In this document: piece after piece, positions 1 through 12,123 of the stretch
How the letters are laid out: every line of letters starts with the position of its first letter
Position numbering within the stretch: position 1 is the first letter of the stretch
Assembly: GCA_964106915.2 (NCBI GenBank)
Contig: OZ066925.1
From: Podarcis gaigeae
Lineage: Eukaryota
Strand: one strand, 5' to 3'
DNA: 64,000 nucleotides
Position numbers and translations under genes: made by a program
Notes under the pieces: generated by a model
The model's database searches: none
The model's input: only the letters and a program-made list of their open reading frames with translations
What the model was told of the DNA's origin: nothing

Positions 1-195
1 ATTAATACAATAATATTGAACTTGGCTTTGTAATGGATGGGCAGACAATACAAGTTATTTTACAATGCTGTCATATCTTATCAGCCAGGTGACCCCATCA
101 GCTGTCTGGTTACTGAATTCTGCATCAGCTACAGCTTCTGGACTAGGCCGAAGGAGACTCCCACATAAAGCACATTGCAGTAATAAAGACTTGAG

Positions 196-448
196 CAGAG
201 GTAGGCAACCTAAGGCCCAGGGGCTGGATGCAGCCCAATCGCCTTCTCAATCCAGCCCGTGGACGGTCCGGGAATCAGTGTGTTTCTACATGAGTAGAAT
301 ATGTTCTTTTATTTAAAATGCACATCTGGGTTATTTGTGGGGCATAGGAATTCGTTCATATTTTTTTCTTTCAAAATATAGTCCTGCCCACCACATGGTC
401 TCAGGGATGGTGGACTGGCCCACGGCTGAAAAAGGTTGCTGACCCCTG
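196..448. mobile_element. Non-autonomous hAT-type DNA transposon (MITE)
   Basis: Termini cagaggtaggcaacct...aggttgctgacccctg; perfect 8-bp TSD gacttgag at 188-195 and 449-456; inverted homolog at 22651-22902. Confidence 0.9.
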
Positions 449-2389
449 GACTTGAGCTTACCAGCACATGGACTATAATAGTCAAGCTACTCCTGTCCAA
501 CAACAGCAGTAGCTGTAAAATCAGACAAAGCTGGTGGCAGAGTTGTTTCTAGGAGTCCTCCCAAGCTATGTACCTCCTCCTTCAGAATGGGTGGAGAAAC
601 GAAGGCAAGGGCATCAGGGTCAGAGGAGGAGGAGGAGGAGGAGGGGGAACAGTGTTGAGAAGAAGAAGAAAGATGTGCCAAAGAGCATCAAAACTATATG
701 AATGTTGGTGGCTGTGGTGTCTGTAGTAATTTGTTGCAATAAATGTTACACTTTTCAAGGTTCTTGTATTAATTTTCAAAACCCTGAAAAATTTGGCCCA
801 GGATACCTCAAGTACAATTTTTTTAAAATAAATATTGTTTTAATCAATTACCCATTAATAATAGTCCAGTTAATAACATATAAAATCATACCAAATCATA
901 AATCAAATTATACATTCCAAATTAAAAGCCAATTAAACATTCTGAATCAAATAATTTCAAGTACCATTTAAACCTTGCCTGGTCGCTGTGGTCTTTAAAG
1001 GAGTCACTGTTTGTGGTCCCCCATAGTGCAGATGCTTGTATCCACCAGGAGCCATGCATCTAGTATTATGGGCTCCAATTTTACAGAACTGCCTTCCAGT
1101 TGTGGGCAGACAGGCCCCATCCCTGCTGAACATCTGGCAACTCCTGAAAACCGTTTTTTAAAGAAATAAAAAATCAGTTTTAATTAATTTTCTAGTTTTA
1201 ACTGATTTATCGTTCTTGTACTGTATCTTTGAGGCTATTGTAGTTAAGTGCCATGTAAGTTGCTCAAATAAATAAATAGATAGATAACACATTGGAAGTG
1301 AGTGCTGGCATAAGCGTCTGTGTGGCACAGCTTTAAGACTGACGCCTACGCATGTATGCTCACTGTAGGAACTGAACAAGTTCCCTTATAATGAGTCAGA
1401 CCATTGGTCCATTTTTGCATAGCATCATCTACAATTAGTAGCAGCGACTCGTTCTCAGCCCTACCTCTGGGGGGAGACCAGAGATTGCACCACAGAATTT
1501 TTGCATGCAAATCATGTACTCCGCCACTTCAGCTACGGCCCACACACACCCATTGCATACATCACTTATTTACAATGTCATTACTAATATGAGAGTTAAT
1601 ATCTATTACAAATATATTTGTGTAAGAGCGAAATTGTGTTTTATGCATGTGGTGGAAAGCCCAATGAGTAATCTCTTTGATTAAATGTTAGAAAGTGTAT
1701 GATGCAGAATTATTGCTCGGGATTGCTTTGCAATCCTTACACCTAGTCGAAGTGGATGCCCAGGTTTGAGCTGTGGGAAGGGGGAGATCTTTCCATATCC
1801 CCCCCCCCATACTACCCAGCATGATCAGATAGCTAGGCAGGCACAGAATCGCCCCGATGGATTCAATAGATCTTGGGATGTTAACTAACGTACAAGAATG
1901 GCATGTAATATCTTCTTTGCCAGCTGCTTAAAATATGGGCTAGGAGGATCAGAGAGATTTACCACACAGATAAATGTCATGTTGCACAAAATAATTGGAA
2001 TGCAATGAGAACTACATTATGCAAGCAACATCCTCCATCCAGTCAATGGAGTTGTAATGTGTAATTACTATGCTATGAGTAAATGTGAGCGAATCGCATC
2101 TTTGAGACTTCTCAGATGCGGGGTTGAGCCTCCTATGGCAAGAGGTAAGACTGAAAATTCCCAGGTGCTGACTGAGAGGTGGTGGTCCACAGAGGCAAGA
2201 GGTCACCCCGCTCCCATGCAAACTGATGTGGAAATAGGGTGAACTGAACATACGACTGGAACAGTTAGAAACTAACGCTGGCAGATTCACCCATCCCTAC
2301 TTACGATTCATCGAGCCATCATGGTCCACCACCTGTATTGAAGCTTCCCAGGTGCTTGACAACACATGTGGGTTTCCCCCTTCTTTTTA

Positions 2390-2522
2390 ATAGAATCGTA
2401 GAGTTGGAAGGGACCCTGAGGAACATCTAGTCCAACCCCTTGCAATGCAGCTGTCCCATACGGGAATCGAACCTGCAACCTTGGCACTGTCAGCAGCAGG
2501 TTCTAACCAACTGAGCTACCCA
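2390..2522 (-). mobile_element. Short tRNA(Ile)-derived SINE with CR1-type 3' tail
   Basis: Minus strand has A box (tagctcagttgg) and B box (ggttcgattcc) resembling tRNA-Ile(AAT), followed by a tail ending cccttccaactctacgattcta that matches the CR1-like 3' end at ~56935-57000. Confidence 0.8.
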
Positions 2523-5310
2523 GGCTGCATTTCTGCTACCATGTTATCCAAGGGACCCTGCCAAGCCCAGTCCAGCTTACAGATGGTGCCTTCATGTGCC
2601 TTCAGATTGTATCATCCCATTCTGGTCAAGCATAATGAGCAAGCAGTTTACTAAGGGTCCTTTGGACACCATCAATGGCTTTGTACCATGTTGGGCAGGC
2701 TTGATCAAAATGAAAATAAATCCTGATTGCTTTCTCTCTCCTTTTCCTCCTCTCAGATCTCTTGCCAATTACACAGCGCTCAAGCCGTGCAGCTGATTGG
2801 TAGTACAAATCTTAGAACCCCCTTGCAATGACTAACAGTCCTAATTATGATTTTGGAGTGATAGAATTCCAGGCCTGGGGAGCTTTTAACTGTGCAGACC
2901 AGGGAGGTGAAAGGTCAGCACCACAATAACTGCAATCGCCTTTGCTTCTCAACAGAGCGAAGTACGTGTTAATGAGAGTTAGACCTCAATGCCAGTTCAT
3001 AGCGTTTCACTGCAGTCTCTTTAATGACCAAGAAAGCATGTTACTCATTTTCCCATGTCATGGCACTGATTGCAAAGCACACACTGCAAAGCACACACTT
3101 GGTTTTGAAAGATTTTGCCCTTTGGCAATCTGTGTACTCCTATGGGGGGGGGTGAACACATTGCCCTTTTCTTTTCTTCTTTGGTTCTTCCTCCCCCCCC
3201 CCTTCGGAACTTTGTAATTTATTACATTCCTTTCTTGCATGTACATGCACCTTGGCACTGTGCTGCTTTCTCACCGAGATTTGGGGAAGATCATGACGGG
3301 ACACGTTTGCTGGAGGATGGCAAGGAGGTATTTGTATGCAAGCGCTAAGCAGAGAGTCCAAAATTGCCTATATATGGACAGGCGGCTTAAGCAGGAACCC
3401 AGGGAGGGAGCTGAGAGACATTTCAGTTGAGTTCTTACACTGAAATGGGATGCTTACAGAGACAGATGTGGAGAGAGCACACGAAGCCAGGATGATGAAA
3501 GAAATTGAGCACTCTCACTCTGCTGGTTTCCAGAAATCAAAAAGTATTTTTTCTCATTTAGCAGAGCAGAAACTTCCTCCTCCCAACACAACATTGTGCA
3601 TATTTACAAAAGGATTATAGGCTTTTTTTAAAAAAAGAAGTCTCACTGTACATCAGACTTCACCAATGTGGGGCCCTCCAGAGGTTTGGGAGGACAACTC
3701 CCAACAGCCCTTGCAGTGTTGGCTGGGGCTGATGGAAGTTGTGGTCCTAAACATCTGGAGGACTTCATGGTCCAAACATCTGGAGTTGTGGTGTTGGACA
3801 TCTGGATAACACCAGGTTGGCAAAGCTTGCCTTTCACAATTGTCATTTTTTATTATTATTTTGCATAGCCAAACCACTCAGTACACCACTGCATCAAGTT
3901 AACTAGGTCATCATCAAGAGGCAGAATTGGTTCATACAATGGAGCAGAGCAGAGCTATAATCTCCTGGCAGCAACGACTCCTGGCAGCAGAAAGGGGTAC
4001 GATGGCAGGGGGGTTGAGGCCATGTGGGTGTACCAGTAGAAGGCTGGTTTGGCTCCTCCGGTGCACCATTGTAGCCCTGATCTCACCACTGTCTCCAAGC
4101 AAGTAGCAGTGATGGCGCTGAGAGAAGGCTATTGCTATGATTCAGCCACACCAGGTGATCCACTGCTGTCAAGAGGCTTAACGAGATCCCAGGATAATCA
4201 TGGGGTTGTCTATTATCTAGGTACTTTATTTTAATTATACAAACTGTTCAATATGAAGATTTAGATCACTTGCAACTCAGTCTAGGGCCGGCCCAGTCAT
4301 GCAGCAGGGTGAAACAATCTGGTTCACCATGAAGAGCAGGTAGATGAAGATGAGAACTGGCACATCATTCAAGCTCTAATTCAGGTGGCAAAATGTATTG
4401 GGCTGGCACATCCCCAAAGCTTATATGATTTTAAGGTCACAATGACTTCAATGGGACTTTCATATAAATATACGCATAGTATAACAGCTTTATAGCTGTT
4501 GCAGTCTTCCTGTTTTGGGTGGCATACTCTGGTCACAGCTTGCCTCATCATCCATTTTATGAATGACATTTGCCATTCACTGCTATCTCACCACCAGAAC
4601 CTGCTAGACTTGCAGAGCGGGATCTTACATTGGCCCAGGCCACAAGTAACCTCAAGCACTGCTGGATCTTGCCTTGCTTGCCTGGTGACATCCAGTTGCC
4701 AGAGGAGACAGGGCTCCTCCAACAGTTATGCAGAAGAGGGCAATTAAGCCAGAGCTGCTGTGTATCTGACTCCACAAGCGACAATCATCTGTTTGAAGGA
4801 ATCCTCTATTTGAAATCCTCTGTCTGGCCCAAGCTCGGTTTAAATGTAAAGAGCAGTAAGAAGGAAAGGCACAGGTCTTGCTTATCCATCAATAGGTAGC
4901 AGAACCTGCAGACATGGACTTGGCAGGCACACAGATCACTGGTAAAAATGCATTGCATTTCTATTTAATTTAGAGTAATATTTTCTAACTTTGGATGTAT
5001 TTATACGTATAAAAGCATATACAGATTCTATGCAAACCCATCTCGTCTTTTTTCTAGCATTGCAAAGGGGCCGTCCTTATTTCAGCAAATGTAGTTTGCA
5101 TGTTCAGCTACATCTGTTGAAATACCTTCTTCTACACAACTGTTAAAGGTGCAGGAGCCCTGTTTTCTATGGCCACTGACCTCCAAACCTGTAGCAATGA
5201 AGGAATACTGGTGACCATGCCCTAACCATGTTGGAGTCCTGAAGCATGTGTATTCTTTAGGCCTAGAACGCCCTATGGACATGCTTGGATTACCCAAAGT
5301 TCCCCCCATC

Positions 5311-6036
5311 TGTCAGGGACTGGACTTAGGGGGATGAAACTGAGGAGGAATGGTGGAGACCGCACCCCTCCTCCTGAACCTTCTAGAGAAGAGGAAGGCA
5401 GTATTGAATTACAGCAGTGGTTTGAGGAAGGTCACAGCTCAGAGACAGGCGAACAGAAGAAGAAGAAGAGTTTGGATTTGATATCCCACCTTTCACTCCC
5501 CTTCAGGAGTCTCAAAGTGGCTAACATTCTCCTTTCCCTTCCTCCCCCACAACAAACACTCTGTGAGATGAGTGGGGCTGAGAGACTTCAAAGAATTGTG
5601 ACTGGCCCAAGGTCACCCAGCAGCTGCATGTGGAGGAGCGGAGACGCGAACCCGGTTTCCCAGATTACGTGACTACCGCTCTTAACCACTACACCACACT
5701 GGCTCTCGAACAGAAGAGTTGGGAGAAGTGAAGGGGGAGACAAAGCAGCCAGCTGACACGTTATCACTGGAGAGAATTTCTAGCCCCCCTTCCTCCAGAA
5801 CCCGGCATCCATTGAAAGTGGAAGAGCAAAGAACTTAGAGACTTCACCATAAGAGGAAGTGCTGTTGCTAGGAAGGGAAGGTGGAGGAGCTCAGTTGGAG
5901 CAATGCCATTAAACTAAGAGGCAGTGTATAGAGGCCTCTCACTGTGAATATTGAATATAGACTTGGTAAGAGCTTCCTTGTCTACTTCTTTGGCTGTCAT
6001 GTAGGGGGGGAGGACTGGAATTCATTGAACCTGACA
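5311..6036. mobile_element. Solo LTR-like element interrupted by a SINE
   Basis: Ends tgtcagg...cctgaca (TG...CA, short inverted termini); 5-bp flanks ccatc/ctatc. Confidence 0.65.
5461..5707 (-). mobile_element. Squam3-like (CORE/MIR-related) tRNA-derived SINE
   Basis: Minus-strand head gagagccagtgtggtgtagtggttaagagc, CORE-like gctgggtgaccttgggccagtcac, (CTT)n tail; TSD gaacagaaga at 5451-5460 and 5708-5717. Confidence 0.85.
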
Positions 6037-6979
6037 CTATCCATCACTTTGTACATAGTATCTCTTATGGCTCATAAGAATATAAGAAGAGCCCTATTGG
6101 ACCATGCTAAAGGCCTGTCTGGTCCAGTATCCTGTTCTGACAGTGGTCAACTGATTGCCTCTGGGAAGCCCACTAGGAGGACTTGAGTTCAACAGCACAT
6201 GTCCCAGGAACTGACATTGGAGGCAGAACATGTAGCTAGTAGCTACTGCTAGCCTTATCCTCCAGTTGCCATTTAACTCATGGAGGGTGCTTTGTGCTGC
6301 TACTGCATTTTCTCCTTCTGCATGGTACAAACATTTTCTTTATTAAACAGAAGTGTCACCCCTGGAACCCCAGGCCACTCCACTGCTCACCTCAGCATAT
6401 GAGATTCAGTGTAGACAATTGACAGGCACCAGGAAGCTGGCAGCCGCTTGAACATTACATGAGCTTGATGACACTTGGTAACCTTGCAATTAGGTGCACT
6501 TCTGTCTTTCATAACTCTGGCTTTCTGCCATTCAGCATATATATATTTAGAATGCCTAGGAAGAAGGGACCTGTTGGCTGACTTCTCTAAGAGCACTGCA
6601 GGTCAACAGAGAAGACCTCTGAGTGTTGGGGCTGTAAGATAAGGGAGCACTGGCTTTCTCTGACGCTATGTAAAGCTCTGGCTCATGCCCCGGAAGAAAC
6701 CCGACTGGATTGGAAATGAGCTGAAACGTGGCACTGTCGATTTTATTGCTGGAATCAATTGCACGACATTGAATAACACAAACGAGAGGGATGTAGCTGA
6801 AATCAATCCGTCTTCCTGTTTTTTTCCGGGCACCCTGTTATGTTTGGCCAAAGCCCTCAGGGGAAAGACAGAGCTTTTCGAGACCGGCAACGCTACTCAG
6901 AAGCAACCAGGAGTACATGGAAATAGGAAGTTGCCATATACCACACCAGACCATTGGTACATATAGCAAAGTACACTTA

Positions 6980-7614
6980 TGTGGGTGGTTTTTCGGGGTT
7001 TCAGGCCTTTCTCAGCCCTACTGTGATAGCCTGGGACTCGGACTCAGAACTAGAGGAGTCTCAGTCCACACTGGATCCTTTGCCTCAGGGAGCATCTGAA
7101 CCAAGTCTGGGGCCTGATTCTGAAGAGACCCGGTCTGCACAGGTTCCCCTGCAACAAGCACCAGCTGGGGCCGAGTCAGGGGCCTGAGCCTGCCCTGGCT
7201 CCAGATGTGGGGATTATCTCATTGCCATCAGCTGGGCCATCACGTACAGCTGCTCCACTACCAGTTGGGTCAGGAGAGGCTGAGGCGGCCTCTGGGTCTA
7301 AGTAACCCACCGACATCTCCCGAGCTGCAGAGACTCAGGTCTGAGAGAAGGAGACCTGAGTATTCACAGGAGGAGTGCTTGCCTTCGGGCAAGACAGGGA
7401 GGTGAGTCACTGGGGGATCAGGACCAGCTGTTACCCCAACAAATATAAACGGCTGTCAGACCCCGCCCCAGGTTGCGGGAGCAACATTGCTGTTTGCCAG
7501 AGATCCTGTGCCTGACCTTGCCTGGTTTCCTGCCTTATGTCCTGACTTGGCCCTGTTGGACTGATGCCTTGCGGAACTCTTGGATTTGGGACTGGACCTG
7601 GACCACGTTTCACA
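6980..7614 (+). mobile_element. Probable solo LTR
   Basis: TG...CA ends, GC-rich body, TATA-like aaatataaa at 7441; no clear TSD, boundaries approximate. Confidence 0.4.
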
Positions 7615-8436
7615 GGTTACCCCCAGGCCCAGCACACCTACCTGGAGATACCAGGGATTGAATTTGGGACCTTCTGCATTCAAAACCGTTGCTCTTCTTC
7701 CTCTATAATAGTGATGGCTATTCCTTGTCTCCACTACTGGAGGCAGTACTGCTTCTGTATACCAGTTGCTGGAAACTGAAGGAGGGGAGAGAGCTCTTGT
7801 GCTTGAATCCTGCTTCCAGTCTTCCCATTGTGGCAACTGGTTGACCACTATGAGGACAGGCTACTGGACTAGAAGGGCCATGGCCTGATCCAGTAGGTTC
7901 TTCTTATGTAAGGAAAGAGAGAAGCGTTTCAGAACAAAACGCTGAGCTGCCTAGAAAGCCTCTCAAATATCTCAGATTAGGAGGAAGGAGGAAACAAAAC
8001 ATTAGGAGTAAATGCATGTTCTTTCCTGAGTGGGTTTAAAAAAAAATGTTCCTCAAGGAACTAATGTAATTGAGGGAGGGCAACACTGATCTTGTCTTTC
8101 TTTTTCAGTTAGATTTATCATTCATTTTCTTCATTTACCATTAAGGCAGGTCCAGTGAGGTTGCAAGTAGTTTACGGCCTTTAACAAATGGCCTCCTACG
8201 CAGGCCTGATTTAATTAGGAGACAAGCCTTATTATTTGACCTTAATGGACTTCCTATTCAAAACGGCAGCCTCTATTTCCACCCCCTCATCAAGACAGAT
8301 AATCAGCCCTCTTATTTTTCCAAGGCTGAAGTTTTGAAGGGTTGCTGAGCAGCACTGAGCCATCAAGCAGTGCTGGAAATGGCAAAGTTAGCCCTAAAGG
8401 CGCAGCTGGATATGGCAAAGCAAAGGAGATGCTGAA

Positions 8437-8620
8437 GGGCCATGGCTCAGCAGCAAAGCACCTGCTTTTCATGGAGAAGGTCCCAGGTTTAGCTCCAGCA
8501 TCTCCAGGTTCGGCTGGGAATGTTTCCTGCCTGTAACCCTGGAGAGTTTCTGCCAATCAGAGTGAACAATACTGAGCTAGGTAGAACCGTGATCTGACTT
8601 TCTATGGTTCTCTATGTTCC
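8437..8620 (+). mobile_element. tRNA-headed SINE with CR1-like tail
   Basis: gggccatggctcagcagcaaagca...cccaggtttagctcc head; tail ending ctatgttcct; related copies near 1380-1540, 7630-7700, 14100-14210, 25300-25440, 28600-28750, 35050-35210 and 44878-45035. Confidence 0.7.
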
Positions 8621-9127
8621 TACAGTAAAAATCGCAACAGAGAGTAACCTCCACATTGTTGTCGCAAGGCAGCTGGGTCAGGACTTGAAATATTTCAGTT
8701 CAATAAAGAGATCACTTTCCTTCCCTTTCACTCCAAATGAAGGCCTATGAATTTATTAGTTACTTATTATTGTCATAATGCTATTATTTCCAGGAATGTG
8801 TCTTTTACCGGAATCCAGCTGGGTAAATAAATGCAAATGGCTAATTTTGCCTATCAACAGCCAGTTTCTATGGTACCATGTCAAATGATGAAACAACCTT
8901 AATCTCTTATTATAAAGTGCAATTGAATATCCAGATTTTGTTAATTGCATTATAGCCAAGGTGATTTGATGACTCCCCCACCTAGATATATGAATTTATT
9001 TGTGAAAATGCTGACATTTGCATACTGTTTCTAAACTCAAATAAGTGTTTCCATTTGCAAACAAGTGTCTGTGGTTTCTGTTCTCAGTCCCTCCCACCCC
9101 ATTTTTGCTACCATTTTTTCAAGTTGA

Positions 9128-9553
9128 ATAATAATAGTAATATAACTTATTATTTATAACCCGCCCATCTGGCTGGGTTTTCCCAACCACTCTGGGTGGT
9201 TTCCAACAGAATATTGAAATACAATAATCTATTAAACATTAAAAGCTTCCCTAAACAGAGCTGCCTTCAGATGTCTTCTGAATGTCAGGTAGTTGTTTTT
9301 CTCTTTGACATCTGGTGGGAGGGCGTTCCACAGGGTGGGTGCCACTACCGAGAAGGCCCTCTGCCTGGTTCCCTGTAACTTGATTTCTCGCAGTGAGGGA
9401 ACTGCCAGAAGGCCCTTGGCACTGGAGCTCAGTGTCCGGGCAGAACGATGGGGGTGGAGATGCTCCTTCAGGTATACTGGACCGAGGCCGTTTAGGGCTT
9501 TAAAGGTCAGCACCAACACTCTGAATTGTGCTTAGAAACGTACTGGGAGTCAA
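9128..9553 (-). mobile_element. L2 LINE 3' fragment (ORF2 C-terminus and tail)
   Basis: ORF 9232-9519 LVLTFKALNGLGPVYLKEHL...RAFSVVAPTLWNALP is the typical L2 ORF2 end; (ATT)-rich tail. Confidence 0.9.
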
Positions 9554-10015
9554 ACATCCTTAGGTACCTTAGAGAGAAGCAGCTCAGAGTGCCGTATTTA
9601 ACTTTTGGTATACTTGTGACTATTGATTTAATAGATACATTGATGCTTTACAGTACAATCTTTTACATATCTCCTTAGAAGTTCAGTGGGACTTGCACAA
9701 TTATTTGGAAGTGATTCCCACTGTGTTCAATGGGGCTTGTTTTCAGATAAGTTTCTTTGGTATTGTACCCCAAATGTCATAACTTTTCCAAATGGTGCAA
9801 TTGTATGTATTACAATCATACAGAAAATATTTCAGGCTCCTAAAGCAGTCGAGTAAGATTAGATTTGATAAAGCTGTGAAGACTTAATTTCACTCCCCAC
9901 TTTGCTTTCCCACACTTTCCCCTGTTGGATAAAGCAGAATTCGTCTAAGCCTTGAAATTCATCAAGAGCTGAAGGAGGAAATGAGAAAGAGGGATTCTTC
10001 CCAATTGCTCTCTGT

Positions 10016-10249
10016 CAGACACATCCAAAGTCTGTTTCTGGGGCCTAATCTGACCTGCTGGTCAATTTAATCTGGCCTCCGTGGTAGTACATGTCCTGAG
10101 GTATAATCCTAAAAAAAGCTCAATAACTTCAATTGTCAACAAAGCTCAACAACTTAAATCCTAAGAAAAGCTCAAGAACTTTGGTCTGCCCTCACTCATG
10201 TTCACTGCATATAATCTAGCCCTCTCTGGAAAAAGTTTGGGCACCCCTG
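10016..10249. mobile_element. hAT-type MITE
   Basis: Ends cagacacatccaaagt / aagtttgggcacccctg; 8-bp flanks ctctctgt/ctctatgt (7/8); internal aaagctcaa repeats. Confidence 0.7.
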
Positions 10250-11129
10250 CTCTATGTAGTTGCTACCATCTCATGACCAAGGAGGCACTATGAGGGGGCA
10301 GGGGCTCAGAGACTGAGTGGTTACCAGGAGGAAACCTCACGACATAATTCCACCTTTGGGCTAGCAGATTAGAAACCTAATTTCAGATGGAAAATTATAA
10401 TTTGGCTACAATGAAAAACTATTGCAGGAGTCATCTGATAAAAGGCAATTCTCTTTCACAGCAAAACCAGTTTTAGGAAGAGTGAGGTGGCCACCTCTGA
10501 CAGCTGATTTTGGGTGTCTCCGAGGGGAGAGGCATTTGTGGGATTTTCTGCCTCACCTGCCAACAATACCTTGCTCAGCTTTGAATACTAAGCACCTTGA
10601 TGGGAGGATGGAGGGCAACAACACACCATTTGCTGTTTCTTCTCAGGTAGCAAATTGCCTGGGAGGTGAGTGTGCTTCTTCTGTAATGGCTCCTGGTGGG
10701 ATACTTGCAGAATTTGCCTCATCTGCTAAAATCTCTTTGCATGTCCCCTGCTGAAATCTGAAAAGTTTTCCCATTTTGAATTCCCCATAGCTGACTCCTG
10801 TATGTACTTGTGACACATGCAGAGAGGTCTTTAATCCCTTTCTCTCTCCAATAAACCAATGGGAGCTCTCTCTCTTTCTCAGACTTCTTTATTTGCTGTG
10901 ACATGAAGCCTCATCAAGGTTGGAAACTGACTCCCCCCCCCCCCCCCGGGAGCAATTGGGCAATGTGTAAACTCTAAGGACCAGCTGAAAAGTATGCTGG
11001 TGATCTCATCCTTCATAAAGAACCTGATTTCCAATTATGTTTATCAGTCATTTCAGTTAAATAGTGACCTAATTGCTGAATGATCCATTGTTATTATTGC
11101 ATTGGCCAAAGGGCTGTTGCAAAGATGAT

Positions 11130-11445
11130 GCAGGAAAGTCCTTCTCTGTTGCTCCACAGGGTAGGACCTGAGCCAATGGGTTCAAATAACAAGAAATGGG
11201 ACTTTGACTTAACATTAGGAATAACTTCCTGACAGTACAAGCTGTTCAGCAGTGTAACAGGCTGCCTCAGAAGGAAGTAGACCGCCTTTTCTTAGATGCT
11301 TTTAAGAGGAGGCATGATGCTGATGCTGCTTAATTTTATTTGCAGAGGCAGATGGCCACGTAGCATGAATGTTGTCATGGTGCATTTCTTATATCAGCAG
11401 CGAGTTGGTCTGGATGTCCTTTGAGTTCCCTCCATCTCTTTGATT
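11130..11445 (+). mobile_element. CR1 LINE 3' fragment
   Basis: Motifs gtaggacctgagccaatgggttcaaa...aacattaggaataacttcctgacagt...gagttccctcca resemble the CR1 ORF2 end and 3' UTR. Confidence 0.7.
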
Positions 11446-11459
11446 TGCTTGCATATATA

Positions 11460-11772
11460 GGGACGCGGGTGGTGCTGTGGGTTAAACCACAGAGCCTAGG
11501 ACTTGCCGATCAGAAGGTTGGCGGTTTGAATCCCTGTGACGGGGTGAGCTCCTGTTGCTCGGTCCCTGCTCCTGCCAACCTAGCAGTTTGAAAGCACATC
11601 AAAGTGCAAGTAGATAAATAGGTACCGCTCCGGCGGGAAGGTAAACAGTGTTTCCGTGCGCTGCTCTGGTTCGCCAGAAGCAGCTTAGTCATGCTGGCCA
11701 CATGACTCGGAAGCTGTACGCCGGCTCCCTTGGCCAATAAAGCGAGATGAGCGCTGCAACCCCAGAGTCGGT
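11460..11772 (+). mobile_element. Sauria SINE, 3' end deleted
   Basis: gggacgcgggtggtgctgtgggttaaaccac head, ctagcagtttgaaagcac...gtagataaataggtacc core; stops at ccccagagtcgg. Confidence 0.95.
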
Positions 11773-12123
11773 AAAGGTAAAGGGACCCCTGACCATTAGG
11801 TACAGTCATGACCAACTCTGGGGTTGCGGCGCTCATCTTGCTTTATTGGCCGAGGGAGCCGGCGTACAGCTTCCGGGTCATGTGGCCAGCATGACCAAGC
11901 CACTTCTGGTGAACCAGAGCAGCACACGGAAACGCTGTTTACCTTCCCGCCGGAGCGGTACCTATTTTTCTACTTGCACTTTGATGTGCTTTTGAACTGC
12001 TAGGTTGGCAGGAGCTGGGACCGAGCAACGGGAGCTCACCCCATCACGGGGATTCAAACCGCCGACCTTCTGATCAGTAAGTCCTAGGCTCTGTGGTTTA
12101 ACTCACAGCACCACCCGCGTCCC
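11771..12123 (-). mobile_element. Sauria SINE, full length, inverted relative to neighbour
   Basis: Reverse complement of the same SINE including the (ACCTTT)n tail (gtaaaggtaaag on the + strand). Confidence 0.95.

Noticed and set aside
487-681. Ser/Pro-rich ORFs
   Set aside because: Produced by (GAG)n/(GAA)n low-complexity runs; no recognisable protein or splice context
2450-2522. tRNA-Ile-like sequence as a functional tRNA gene
   Set aside because: Acceptor and anticodon arms are mutated and it is fused to a LINE-type tail, so it is a SINE head
11510-11995. Two mirror-image ORFs starting MSAATPE
   Set aside because: Artefact of the inverted Sauria SINE pair
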